DNA of 64,000 bases from Octopus vulgaris (taxonomy: Eukaryota), in NCBI GenBank assembly GCA_951406725.2, contig OX597818.1:46438001-46502000 (forward strand), read 5' to 3'. The translations under genes were made by a program, and so were the position numbers. This document shows positions 1 to 12,260 of this stretch, one piece after another (the stretch's first letter is position 1; every line of letters starts with the position of its first letter). The notes beneath the pieces are model-generated. The model saw only the letters and a list, made by a program, of their open reading frames with translations. It ran no database searches and was not told where the DNA came from.

Positions 1-4
1 ACAG

Positions 5-117
5 GAAAGAATGTTTTAATAGATATACGATCCCCAGTCAAGGAAAATCATTATTATTATACAATTGAGAAGCAAGTTATTGATGTGATATCGAAAACTG
101 GAATTCCTCTTAAACAG
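5..117 (+). CDS. GDPD5: GDPD5/GDE2-like glycerophosphodiester phosphodiesterase, internal coding exon (gene 5' part lies upstream of window)
   Basis: acag|GA...CAG|gtaaat; reads KNVLIDIRSPVKENHYYYTIEKQVIDVISKTGIPLKQ, ends phase 0; resembles GDPD5 segment LLLNLRDPPREHPY...LHSGFPQHQ. Confidence 0.8.
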
Positions 118-489
118 GTAAATTTATTTATATTAGTTTTCTTATCACTTGCATCTGTATGAAATATGCTAGTTTTGACATGTCAATTAGTTTCTGTTAT
201 TTATATGTTGATAGATGACATAGTTTCCTTCCTTGTAGGGAATGCTTTATGAACATTATTGATATCCTGGATAAAAGTTTGCACATAACATTCAAAGTTC
301 TAGCAATATTAACATATATTTTCTAGTATACAAGTTGAATTTATCAAAACAAAAGTTACAGCCAAAAACGATAGTCAACTTATGCTGGACAGAAAGTTCT
401 ATGTGAAATGCAGCAGGATTTGGAATGAAATGTTTACATTGTGTTTACACGATATACAACATTAACTTTTGTACTGGAAAATGATGGGC

Positions 490-780
490 TCTCCTGCTGA
501 AGATGATGTATGAGTGTTCAGCTTTTTTGCCAAACAACCTGCACAAATGGATTGTGTACACTGATCTAATGTATGTGTTGTACATTAGCTCACTCCCTCC
601 ATCAAATTGATGTTGCCTGAACAGGTACATGATGTATTTCGTGTCAGATGATGAAGTGATCACAGTACAACGTGAGATGAAGTGTTTTGCTCAAGACAAC
701 AATGCACAACATGGTCTAAGAATTGAAACCTCAATCTCACAATACTGAATGTAACACCCTAACCAGTAGTGTATGTGCTC
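490..780 (-). mobile_element. Decayed tRNA-derived SINE (family D-type head)
   Basis: Contains gtgagatgaagtgttttgctcaag...gaattgaaacc...aaccagtag, the reverse of a tRNA-like head; related copies at 4415-4620, 27202-27536, 29830-30012. Confidence 0.6.
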
Positions 781-1328
781 TTAGGCTGGAAAATACAGTA
801 GTTAATATTGCTAAAATTTATAACATGAATCTAGAGTGTTTTCCTTCAAATTATTAATCTCCATGTAAAATCTTTAGCAACTACTGTTAGTAATATATTC
901 TCCCTAGCTTGTGATTTTGCTAATATAATAGTTTGTAGTAGAGAGGTGGTATTGTCTGTTGTCTAATGTTGTATTCATAATGTTTAATGATGTTTGGTTG
1001 GCAGTAATTTTTTAATATTAGCTCTGACACATTTGGAAACATCAAACCAAACTTTTCTACTAACACTTTTTAAACACAACTGCTTGTGTTACGATACGCT
1101 GTTTCTACTCTTCTATTATTGTCCCAAATCCTTTCTCTTTGACAAAGTATCCTTCCGTGAGGCAAGATTTGCATCTTGTGTTTCCTAACTTGTTTGTTTC
1201 CCAGCCTTCTATTCTATTCAAATCTTTTAAACACAATAACTACATGCAAACAAATTTTGAATAAAAAGTATTATATAAAATGTCTATAATTGGTTTGTCC
1301 AATATATAGTTAATATAATCCCAATTTA

Positions 1329-1543
1329 AGGTGGTGAGTTGGCAGAATCGTTTGCATGCCGGGCAAAATGCTTAGCAGCATTTCATCTGCTTTTACATTC
1401 TGAGTTCAAATTCTGCCAAGGTCGACTTTGCCGTTCATTCTTTCAAGATTGATAAAATAAGTACCAGTTGAGTGCTGAGGTTGATGTAATCGGCTTATGC
1501 ACTTCCCCTGAAATTGCTGGCCTTGTGCCAAAATTTGAAACTA
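1329..1543 (+). mobile_element. tRNA-derived SINE family A
   Basis: ggtggtgagttggcagaatcg...gagttcaaattc (B box)...gtcgactttgcc...gataaaataagtaccag; many copies in window. Confidence 0.85.
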
Positions 1544-1600
1544 ATATAATCCCAACTAATTTTATGAACAACCTTTTGTCCTCTGTTCCACTTTTCATAG

Positions 1601-1749
1601 ATTTGGTGGTTTACCGGACACTCAAAATTAGAATATACCACCAGTTTTACACAAACCTGGAGATCTTATATACCACCTGAATATCTTGTAAAAATGAAGG
1701 TCTTTAATTTCAATGCTAGGTATGATACACTTAGTGAAGATGAAATCTT
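1601..1749 (+). CDS. GDPD5: GDPD5-like coding exon
   Basis: cttttcatag|ATT...TT|gtaagt; IWWFTGHSKLEYTTSFTQTWRSYIPPEYLVKMKVFNFNARYDTLSEDEI; phase 0 in, phase 2 out, matching neighbours. Confidence 0.85.
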
Positions 1750-2319
1750 GTAAGTTTTAATGTTATTATTTCATAGCTTTGTCAATTTATATTTATTCTT
1801 TTTCTCTACACATATATATCCCATGCTTCATTACTCAGTTATTCTTGTTTTTTTCTTTTTTTTTCTTCTCAAATTTCATTTCCTTGTTCATACTCTTTGA
1901 ATTTACAATTTAAGTTAATTTACCCTGAACATTCAAACAAACATTAAAAATGCTGCTGCAGTTAATGTCTACATTGTATATACTTTGAATTCTTTACCAA
2001 TAGTAGTAATAGTAATAATCATTTTGAAAACTATGGGATGCAACATGTCTCATTTTAAATAGAGAAAAGGCAGATATGCTCAGTAATAAAACTATGGAAA
2101 CAAATAAAGGTGAATTTTGATTTGTGAGTCTCAGGTGATCATGATATGAAAGAAGCCTTAACACATGTCCAGAGACGGTGTTCTGCTAAAAAGTTAACAT
2201 CGAACAGACAGACTCTTAACGTCACTGCCCAAGCACTGTTGAGAATCACAGCTGACCAAGTTAATAAATTCGACATTCATAGCTTGATATGTTACTGGTA
2301 GACAGTAGTTTATAGTAAT

Positions 2320-2785
2320 TATCATCATCGTTTAACATCTGTTTTCCATGCTGGCATGGGTTGGATGGCTTGACAGGAGCTGGCCAGCCAGAGAGTTGTC
2401 CAGGCTCCAATTGTTTGTTTTGGCATGGTTTCTATGGCTAGATACCCTTCCTAACACCAACCATTTTACAGAGTGTGCTGGGTGCTTCCTACATGGAACC
2501 AGCATGACCGCATTTTATGTGGCACCAACATGAGTGCATTTTACATGGTACTGGCACCTGCAAGTCAAACACCTTTTGGCTGAGAGAGGGAGTGTGGACA
2601 TGGCTATAAAGGACATCCCTACATGTATGGATGGCTGAGATTTTATGTAGCTTGATGTGTTTTCTGAAGTACAGCGAATTGCCACAAGTCTTGATCCCTT
2701 GTCATCTCCTCATTGAGGCCCAGCATCTGAAGATCCTTTCTTGCCACTTCATCTCACATCTTTTTGGGTCTATCATTTCTACAGA
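2320..2785 (-). mobile_element. SINE/LINE 3' end family C (RTE-like, (GAT)n tail)
   Basis: catcatcgtttaac...ttccatgctggcatgggttgga...; related copies at 7797-7922, 9880-10062, 42960-43055. Confidence 0.7.
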
Positions 2786-2838
2786 TTTTTAGTAAAGATA
2801 TTTAATCATTTAAACTGATATATCAATGGAATGGTTAA

Positions 2839-3292
2839 CTCAATTGTTACCGTATTTCTGTCAAAATACACTGCCATTTTTTCAATTAACTTTGAAATAA
2901 TGAAGAATTTAGTAAATTAATTTAATCATTATCAAGCTGGTGTTTGGAACATAAATTAACAGAACAATTTGGAGGAATGTATAGATTTAGATCACATTAA
3001 CTCTTTACCATTGCTACCAACTATATTTGACACAAATATTCTACTTGTTTTATGTTCAAACTGGCCCAAACTAGTCTCTCACATCTACCCTGTAATGTCA
3101 TTCAAACAATAAACAATCACATCATCAAAATTTCAAAGGTATGAGATAATGCATAACTAATTGAAAACAATCTGAATAAATAAGTATTACATTTGAAATC
3201 TGAATACATTTGAATCTGAATGCTAATGAGTTAAACATGAAGTATGTATGAAAGAACTGGTGGTAGTCTCTAGTGGGTTGTTACCAAAAGGG
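2839..3292. mobile_element. piggyBac-type MITE containing a nested TTAA MITE (3001-3230)
   Basis: TTAA at 2835-38 and 3293-96; left part resembles reverse complement of the right end of the 13217-14298 piggyBac; inner element flanked by TTAA at 2997-3000 and 3231-34. Confidence 0.55.
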
Positions 3293-3324
3293 TTAATGAC
3301 AGTTCTCTCAATTCAGGGATTCAT

Positions 3325-3550
3325 ATTTTATCTTTTATTTGTTTCAGTCATTAGACTGTGGTCATGCTGGGGCACCACCTTGAAGAATTTTAGTCAAGCA
3401 AATCAACCCCAGTCCTTAGTTTTTTTTTTTAAACCTGGAACTTATTCTATTAGACCCTTTGTCAAACAACTAAGTCACATGAAAATAAACACACCAATGC
3501 CAGTTGTCAAGTGTTGGTAAGGTACAAAGACAGACAGACAGACAGACACA

Positions 3551-3591
<41 letters not shown>

Positions 3592-3762
3592 ATATATATG
3601 ACAAGCTTCTTTCAGATTCTGTTTATTAAATCCACTCACAAAGCTTTGGTCAGTCCAAGGCTACAGTAGAAGACACTTGTCCAAGCGTCCAAGGTGCTAC
3701 ACAGTTGGACTGAACCTGGAACCATATGGTTGGGAAGCAAACTTCTTACCATGCCTGCACCT
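3325..3762 (-). mobile_element. tRNA-derived SINE family B with internal (CA)n
   Basis: Reverse of the family-B consensus seen full length at 59589-60000. Confidence 0.8.
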
Positions 3763-3919
3763 GGAAGAGTTAAGTTTAGCTATTTACCTTTGTTAGCCAG
3801 TTAATGTTGATTGTAGAACCCACTAATTTGTTATATATTATGGCATAAATCTATAGAGTTAAATCATATTTAGACTTCTCTAACTGGTGACTATTCACTT
3901 TCATTTTTATTATTTTCAG

Positions 3920-4067
3920 AGAATATCTTGAATCCAACATCACTATTAATGTCTACATAGTTAATGCACACTGGCTGTATTCCCTGTATTGGTGTCTGGG
4001 TGTACAATCTGTAGCAACAGATAGATGTCACATCCTCAATAAAATTGAAAAACCATTATGGCATTTG
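3920..4067 (+). CDS. GDPD5: GDPD5-like coding exon (C-terminal part of GDPD catalytic domain)
   Basis: tattttcag|A...TTG|gtaagt; EYLESNITINVYIVNAHWLYSLYWCLGVQSVATDRCHILNKIEKPLWHL, close to GDPD5 [29 protein letters not shown]...PLWIM. Confidence 0.92.
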
Positions 4068-4254
4068 GTAAGTTTAAACCAATTTTTTTGAAGTTTCTGA
4101 AATTTTGTGTCTAACTTTATGTTTTGCATTTAGTTTGAAATCTCTTAGGAATCTGTCTCTCATTCTAATATGCATTAAAATTTTCAGTAATTTAATTTCT
4201 TTCAATGAAGAAAAATAAGCATATTTCATGATGATGTTGATGATCATGCCGCTA

Positions 4255-4287
4255 CTGCATGATAATAACTGATAATATCAACAACTG

Positions 4288-4330
<43 letters not shown>

Positions 4331-4332
4331 TG

Positions 4333-4387
<55 letters not shown>

Positions 4388-4410
4388 TAATAATAATGGT
4401 GATGATGATG
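4255..4410. repeat. (TAA)n/(TGA)n microsatellite
   Basis: Direct observation. Confidence 0.95.
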
Positions 4411-4621
4411 GTCTCTCCCATAATATATGAATGCTCAGCTTTTGCTGAATGACCTACACAACTGATTTGTTTATAGTGACCAAATGTATGTATTGTGCAT
4501 TAATTCCCTCCTTCCATCAAACTGACATTGCCTGAAAAGGTGCATGGTGTGTCGAAGTGATCACAGAGCTATATGAGATGAAGTGTTTTGCTCAAGATCA
4601 CAATGCATTACTCGGTCAAGC

Positions 4622-4804
4622 AATTAAGTATGTGGAACAAATTGGGGCTGCAATAACGGTGGAGCACTTGCAGAAAACAGCACTGCTTGGAACTGCTCAA
4701 ATACTCTGGGAGGTTCTCGAAAAATAAGAGGTGTTACTTTAGTTCACTAGTAGTGAACAGCTGAAACTGTAGTACCTCTCCAGCATTAGATTCTGTGCAA
4801 TGGC

Positions 4805-4805
<1 letters not shown>
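4622..4805 (+). mobile_element. R4/Dong LINE extreme 3' end
   Basis: Encodes ...EQIGAAITVEHLQKTALLGTAQIL.EVLEK-stop, short UTR, then (TAA)n 4806-4930. Confidence 0.7.
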
Positions 4806-4836
<31 letters not shown>

Positions 4837-4846
4837 TAATAATAAC

Positions 4847-4893
<47 letters not shown>

Positions 4894-4934
4894 TAATAAT
4901 GATAATTATAATGTTAATAATGATAATGTAAGAC

Positions 4935-6770
4935 TTTCATGTGGCATTTTCCAGGGTGACTCTCTGTCACCATTCCTCCTTTGTCTAGCCTTAATACCTC
5001 TCTTAAAATTGCTTGATGATGTATGATATGGCTATAAAATGTTTGATAAAAATATAAATCATCTCCTTTACATGGATGATTTAGAGCTCTTTGCAAAAAA
5101 TGACCAACAACTAAAGGGCTTACTAGCAATTGTTAAACAATTCAGTGATGACATCAGGATGCAATTTGGCTTTGGTAAATGAGCAAAAGCTACCTTTATC
5201 AAAGAAAAAATGACAGAAACATCCAATGTTATTCTTGACCAGCAGACTGTCATAAGGAGTTAGAACCAGTGGAGAGCTACAAATACCTAAGAGTATTTGA
5301 AGGTGATGGAATCAAAAATTCAATGATGAGGGAAATGGTCGGAAGAGAATATTTTTGCAGAGTAAGGGCAATACTTGAGTCAGAGCTGAATACAAGAAAC
5401 AGGATTGAAGCAATCAATACATTAGCCATACCTGTTGTGACTTACAGTTTCAATTTCATTAATTGGTTAATTACTGAAATATGTAATCTTGACAGAAAAA
5501 TACTAAAATTGTTGACAATGCATAGAATAAACGACTTTATCTGCCAAGAAAAGAGGGAGGCCGTGGACTTTTACAACTGAAATTAACAATGAAGATTGCC
5601 ACAATTGGCCTAGACACCTACCTGAAAAACTCTGATGATTGGATGTTAAAACTTGTCTTAAAGCATGAAAACAAGAAAGCATCATAACAGAACAGGCAAA
5701 GGAATATCTAGGTGAATTCCAAATACAACAAATCCCAGAATTAGATGTACTGGAAACAAGCACAGATAAAGCTAAGCATATGAAAACCCATGCTAAAACT
5801 GCTGCCTTAGATATTCTTACTGGTAAATGGTAAGAAAATCCTCTCAGTGGCAAATACCCAAAGAGAGCTAATAATGCCGATGTTGACAAAGCCCTTATCC
5901 AATAATGGTTAGTGTCTTCTGGCTTAAAAACAGAAACAGAAGGGTTTATCATAGCAGTCAAAGATCAATGCCTACTACAAGGAGCTACCAGGCCAATGTA
6001 TTAAAGAACGGCAGTAGCCCAACATGTCATGTATATAAACAACAGAATGAAACCATTGATCATGTTGTCTCCATGTGCAGTCTTCCTGTACCTACAAAGT
6101 ATCTCAACAGGCATGATAGAGTAGTACAGTATATTCACTGGGTAATTTGAAAAAACCTAGACCTGCCCCGTGATAAAAACTGGTGGGAACACAAACCAAC
6201 TCCAGTGCTTGGAAATGAGCACATCTCACTCCTCTGGAACTTTACCGTTCAAACTGACAGAAAGATAGATGCAAATAGTCCAGATATCATTTTGAAGGAC
6301 TTCAGACAAAAATCATGTCTCCTCATTGATATGACTGTCCCAATTGACATAAATGTATCTGTCAAGTCCTACCTAAAACTGAGCAAGTATAAAGATCTCG
6401 AAATAGAAATTGGCAAAATGTGGTGCCTCAAGACTAAAACAATACCTGTTGTCATAGGTGCCCTAGGAATGATAGCAAAAGGGGCTGATTCCTACCTAGC
6501 TCAGATACCAGGAAACCCCAAAATGGCAGAAATTCAAAAAGATAATGCTCATGGCAACTGCCCATATTCTATGTAAAATACTATGTAATCTCAAATTTTA
6601 AAACAAACTTATAATTTTCTTATGTTTTCTTAATTATTCCCTAGAACAATACTATGGGCTAAATACTGGTCATAACATCAACATGAACTTCTAATTTGTT
6701 GTCTCTTGAGGTCTCTGGGTGAGACTTGGAGTCAACTTGCTCAAATACAAAGCAAAAGTCAAACATATAG
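4935..6770 (+). mobile_element. 5'-truncated R4/Dong-clade non-LTR retrotransposon (RT C-half, CCHC, RLE), frameshifted
   Basis: GIFQGDSLSP, HLLYMDDL, YKYL, CxxC..ETIDH...C, PDIIL..CLLID..VP, KLSKYKDL, IPVVIGALG motifs; bounded by (TAA)n on both sides. Confidence 0.92.
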
Positions 6771-6781
6771 TAATAATAATC

Positions 6782-7028
6782 CTTTTTATTGGAAGCACAA
6801 GGCCTCAGATATGGAGGAAGGTACTAAGATGGGTTACATGGACCCCAGTGCATAACTGGTACTTATTTAATCGACCCTGAAAAGCTTCTACCCATGTAAA
6901 TTAATTACCCTGAAAAGATGAAAGGCAAAATCGACCCTGGTGGAATTTGAACTTGGAACATAGCAACAAACGAAATACTGTTAAGTATTTCGCCTGGCAT
7001 GCTAACGATTCTACCAGCTCACCTCCTT
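6782..7028 (-). mobile_element. SINE family A carrying a templated insertion
   Basis: Reverse family-A sequence with an extra segment at 6885-6917. Confidence 0.8.
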
Positions 7029-7029
7029 A

Positions 7030-7170
7030 ATCTGAAAAACACCTTCAAACTTTAGAAATGCCCTACAATTTAGGTGTATTGCAAAAGTCGGCATTACTTG
7101 GAACTGCAAGTATATCGCGTAAAGTACTGTCTGTCTGAGGTCCTTGTTGTATACTGTGAGATGTCTATAA
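7030..7170 (+). mobile_element. R4/Dong LINE 3' end remnant
   Basis: LQKSALLGTASISRKVLSV-stop followed by (TAA)n. Confidence 0.6.
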
Positions 7171-7209
7171 TAATAATATCAATAATAATGATAATAATAA
7201 TAAAATAAT

Positions 7210-7410
7210 CCTTTCATGTTGTAGCATAAAGCCAGCAATTTTAGGGGTAAGGGCTAGTTGATTACATCAACCTGTGCTTCATTGGCATTTATTTTATTGA
7301 CCCCCAAAAAGGTTGAAAAGCAAAGGTAACCTCATTAGAATTTGAACTTGGAACATAGAGTGCTGCTAGACATTTTGTTTGACATGCTATCATATTTGCT
7401 TGCTCATTGC
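7210..7410 (-). mobile_element. Decayed SINE family A
   Basis: ttttattgacccc...aaaagcaaagg...gaatttgaact matches reverse family A. Confidence 0.6.
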
Positions 7411-7472
7411 ATAAGTAATACTAATAATAATAACAGTCCAAATATTTAATTTTCTTTTATGTTATCTTCCAG

Positions 7473-7555
7473 ACTCCAGGAACATATCTTATGACATGGG
7501 TTTTAGTTGATATAATATCTGCTATCATCATCATCACCATACTTATAGTACAATG
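7473..7555 (+). CDS. GDPD5: GDPD5-like coding exon (last transmembrane helix)
   Basis: cttccag|ACT...TG|gtaagt; TPGTYLMTWVLVDIISAIIIITILIVQ, cf. PPDEYCLMWVTADLVSFTLIVGIFVLQ. Confidence 0.9.
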
Positions 7556-7979
7556 GTAAGTCAGTGTATTAAATACTTTGGTGTGACCAGTTGAAGTGTC
7601 TTTGAAATATCAATGTTCCTGATTATCCAAATACCTAAATTTGGGCCCATTTATCATGTATGTAGTTTCACTGGTAAATTTTATTTTCAGCTCTCATTAT
7701 TAAACCTGTCTTGTGTGTACATGTGTGTATATACATATGTATGTGTGTATATATATATATTTGCATGTATGTGTGTGTGCATATATGTGTGTGTACCATC
7801 ATCATCATCATCCTTTAACGGCTGTTTTCCATGCTGGCATGAGTTGGATGGTTTGACCAGAGCTGGCAAATGGGAGATCTGCACCAGGTACCAGTCTAAT
7901 TTAGCTAGGTTTCTACAGTTGGAGGTATGTATGTATGAATGTGTATGTGTGTGTATACATACATACATACATACAAACA

Positions 7980-8041
<62 letters not shown>

Positions 8042-8054
8042 ATATACACCTGAC

Positions 8055-8317
8055 TTACTACCTGGTGTTGCCCGGTAAAGTATTCATGGAATTGTTTGCC
8101 ATTTTGTAGAATGGGAATTCACGGTACTTATGCATGTACATATATTTAACCTAACTTCTGGCCTTATTCAATTGGAGCTATCCAAGCAATAGTAATTAAT
8201 TTACATGGGTAGAAGCTTTTTCTTAACAATTTTTATCCTGAAAAATCACCTGCTACTTTTATTTTAAAGTGAAAGAGAGGAGGAAGTGAAAGATGTGTGA
8301 ATGTGTATGTGAAATTG

Positions 8318-8367
<50 letters not shown>

Positions 8368-9643
8368 AAGTGAGTGTCACACATACATGAGAACACACAC
8401 ATTCACTCACTCAGACTCTCTCTCCCTCTCTCTCTCACACACACACACATGCACATACAAAAAAGATGTATGCATATGTATTGATGTATGTTCATACATA
8501 TGACAACACACCCCTCACTCGCGCTCTCTCTTTCTTCTTTTCTCTCTTCCTCTCTCTCTCTCTCTTTCTTTCACACACACTTCCATTTCATATACACGCG
8601 CATACATATTTCACTTTCTCCTGTCTTTCATTTTAAAACAAAAGTAAATAAATAAAAGTTTTTTATGGAAATTAACAAACTCTGGATGATGAAATAACAT
8701 TGTTAAAATTATTTGTAAATGATGAAAATATTGTGTATGTCAAAAAATCGACATTTTTTTTCTTAGAGACCGTGAAGACTATGTGTGTGTATATGTCACA
8801 GATAGTAGATGTATGTTTGTGTTGATTGACACACCATGACATTATATGTGTGTATGTGTGCTGACATTACAGAAGCCATGTATTTTTTCAAGAAATAACA
8901 AAAATTATGCTTCGTGCACTGAGTCGGTTGAAGGCTTGGTGAGCGAAGTCGATTTGTGTTTTAATGTCAGCCTCACCTTGACCTGTAGCTTTAATGATGG
9001 TGCCAAGGTATTTGAAACTCTCAACCTCTTCAAGAATATCACCATTGCTTTGTCTGGAAGATATTAAGTGACTAGAATCCTTCAATCACCTCTGTCTACA
9101 CCGCATCCTTCGTGTCCGATGGCATCCTTCGTCTCCAACAATTCGGTGCGACACCAGTGCAGAATCCCCCCCACCCCTCCGACAAGTCATCCTAATGAGA
9201 CGTCTTCGTTGGCTGGGTCATGCCCTCCATCGTCAACCAGGAGAATTCATCTACGAAGCAATTGCCCCAGCTCCCCTTCAGGGTTGGCGAAAGCAATGTG
9301 GTGGACAACGAAAAGCCTGGCTGATGACAGTCAAGGCTTATCTGGAACCCAACCTAGGCCTCCATATCTACGGTGTTTGCTGCTGGAATAAGGAGTGGTT
9401 GGAGATCACGCGGTCATTAGCCTCAAATTGCCAGGCCTGGTCAACCCACCCCAGGTGAATACTGTCAAGTCAAAAATTGTGTTTAATCATTTAAATAGAG
9501 GTCCAAATGTCACAAAAATTTGTACTGCTCTGCCAAAGGTAAGTATGAAAATAAATATGTAAAAACATTAAGATAAAAATATACTATTTCTGAGTGATTT
9601 CACTTACACACAAACATCCTTAGTGTTTTAGTATTATCAAGAT
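8055..9643 (-). mobile_element. Probable non-autonomous Helitron/Helentron-like element hosting microsatellites and an RTE insertion
   Basis: One end tactacctggtgttgcccggt (GC hairpin-like), other end ...acaaacatcc...ttttagtattatcaagat; resembles DINE/HINE-type ends; limits uncertain. Confidence 0.35.
8913..9470 (+). mobile_element. RTE-clade LINE fragment with inverted 5' part
   Basis: Minus part ILEEVESFKYLGTII...AFNRL; plus part LHRILRVRW...RRLRWLGHALHRQ...GGQRKAW; caagtcaa tail; 12/14 direct repeat at 8899-8912 and 9471-9484. Confidence 0.8.
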
Positions 9644-9660
9644 GTGTGTGTGTATGTATA

Positions 9661-9879
9661 TACAAGTGGATGCTAAAAAGTCCCTGGCTTTAAGGGTATT
9701 GCAAAAGGCCTGGATGGAGGCCCAAATTCCCAATTCCTTTTACAGGGCTTAGAAAAACTGGAAGAACACTGCAATAAGTGTATGAATCTGAGAGAGGAAT
9801 ATGATAAATAAAATCATAATTAACTTATCCTCCTGTATTTTCTTTTACCCAAAGCCTGGACCTTTTCAGCACCCCCTGG
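9661..9879 (+). mobile_element. Mariner-derived MITE
   Basis: Imperfect TIRs gatgctaaaaagtccctggcttt / aaagcctggaccttttcagcacc; interior reads GLEKLEEHCNKCMNLREEY (mariner C-terminus). Confidence 0.7.
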
Positions 9880-10062
9880 TTGGCACGTAAAAAGCATCCA
9901 CTACACTTTGAGAGTGGTTGGTATTAGGAAGGGCATCCAGCTGTAGAAACATTGCCAGATCAGATTGGAGCCTGGTGCAGCCACTGGCTCTCCAGACCTC
10001 ACTCAAATCGTTCAACCCATGCCAGCATGGAAAACGAACATTAAACAATGATGATGATGATG
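9880..10062 (+). mobile_element. Family C SINE/LINE 3' end
   Basis: ggaagggcatccagctgtagaaac...caacccatgccagcatggaaaacg...ttaaac(gat)n. Confidence 0.75.
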
Positions 10063-10368
10063 ATTTATGTTACTTTTCCTTTTTATTCATTAATATTCTT
10101 TCTAGAATGAAGGAGCTGGTTTGTAGCAAAAAAAACAAAAACTCCCTGCTTAGAGTTTGGATAACAACAATGATAATTGTTACATATTGAACTTTAAGGA
10201 AGTCTTGTATATTTTTACTATTTTACTTACAGTTTGTATCTGTTAAGTTTGTGTTGCCTGGTCTTTTTGCATGTAAAGTTTCACATGTAATGGAAAATTA
10301 TTGCAATGTTTATCGAGTGATTTTTTTCCTTTTATTGGTCACTTACTTAAAAACTTCAATATTTGCAG

Positions 10369-10621
10369 GATCCGATTATTGAGAACACGCTTCAATCCAG
10401 AGCCAATTTCATTACATTCTCAACAGTCAATGATTACCCTTACGGACCAATATCATTCTAATTCAAGAACTATGAAAGAAAAACTATTATTTACTGCTGA
10501 CCAACCCGAAGAAGACATTCTGGAAGCAACAGAAGGTGTTTCTAATGACCATATTGATTCTCCAACCCATCATTACACAAATACAGCTGCCAATTCTGTT
10601 GTCATCAGTGTTCCCCAGTAG
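10369..10621 (+). CDS. GDPD5: GDPD5-like terminal coding exon (cytoplasmic tail)
   Basis: tttgcag|G completes TGG (W); IRLLRTRFNPEPISL...SRTMKEKLLF...VISVPQ-TAG; conserved NPE and MKEKL(I/L)F motifs. Confidence 0.9.
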
Positions 10622-12260
10622 ATACAAGTTTACTGAAAACATTGAGACAATTCAAAAGATTCATAGAATTCCAAACCAAATTCCATTTGTTGTACTACTT
10701 TCCAGGAAAATATGGAATTTATAATTTTAAAAAAATATATATTTTATGAATGACTCTTTGTGATGGGATTTTGGCACTTTTAGTTTTCCTTTAATATCGC
10801 AGAAATCAATCTTTTGCTCTATGTTAATGTGTTTTATTCTGTAAATATGTAAGATATCTCCTTTTTTAAATGGCTTAATCAAAAGACAAAGAGCAGTGCC
10901 CATGACCTTTTTCAGGGCCTCTAAGATTGGTGGGAGGAAATGAGGATATTATCCTCAGATTAGAGATCTGGTCTCAAAGCTTGCAATAGAAATGATTCTG
11001 TTAAAGGCATCCAAGGACCTGGTGGGGGTGTTAAACCGGGTGATGGCATAAGTTCACCAGCCAATAAATGCCTTATGCATGTTTCATACTTTTTCTTTCT
11101 TTCTTTCATTTTCTTTCTTTGCCTTTTTTTCTGCCCTTGCAATGTGCTGAGATTTATCAAAAACTGTTTTCCAGTTTTAGCTTCCAATGTCATGCCAGAT
11201 GAGAGATAAACGGTAAGAAATTTTATTAATCCTACTTTTAATGTTTGACTTGTAGATGAGGACATCATTGATTGAAATATGAAAGGCATACAACTTAGTA
11301 AAAAAATAGATCCTTTATAAATTGTTTGAGAATACTGTGAATTTCTGAAGAATAATTCTTATTTTGAATGAAACTATGAATTAAGTTTCCCCTGAAATGT
11401 TAATAGGAATGGAATAAAACAAGTTTTGCATAAGTCAGACCAGTAGTTATTGAAATATTTGAGGTTTGAGGTATAAATACCCAAAACGGTGCATAATGGG
11501 GAAATATTCCGAATATAGCTTCATCTTGAAAGGGAAGAAATTCTAACCTTTCGATTAGACACAGTGATTTGACAACAAAAAAATAAGAGTTGTTTTTACA
11601 GAAAATGTTTCTATTAAACACAATATTTTAAACATTTAGAAATATTTTTAAGTGAATGTTATTTCAAAAATGTAAATTGTTTGTACAGTAAGTATTTATA
11701 TTTTGGCTTTCTTTAAACAGACAATATTTTGATGTTTTAAAAAATTTTTTTCAAGTGCATACCATTATAAAAATTTTTTTGGTATACTTCTTAAAAGATA
11801 TTCTAAAGTGAAAATGAATTTAAAAGTATGGTAAATATTTCGTAAAAGACCTGTCCATAACCTCAGTGTGAAATGATTATTTTCCATAGGTTTTATCAAG
11901 TGCTTTCAACGTATCTTACCACCAAAAATTTGGCTGCTATTTCTAGCACGCCCTGCTACCACGTAACAGCTATTTGCAATAAAGGACCTGAAATACCTGT
12001 TACATGGTAGCAGGGCATGCAAGAAATAGCAGCCAAATCTTTCCTTTTCTGAGGAAAGGAGCTGTTTACACATGATTTCAATGTCATATTCATTGAAAGC
12101 ATGCAAGATAACTATATATGTATGTATATATGTTTATATGTACATATAGCTGTCTTTTCACACAGAATTTCGTCTATCTTTAAACCACGACCCTGAAGTG
12201 ACTTTATATATAAGGGAACTGTTATTATGTATGTATATCAAAATATATATATATGTATAT

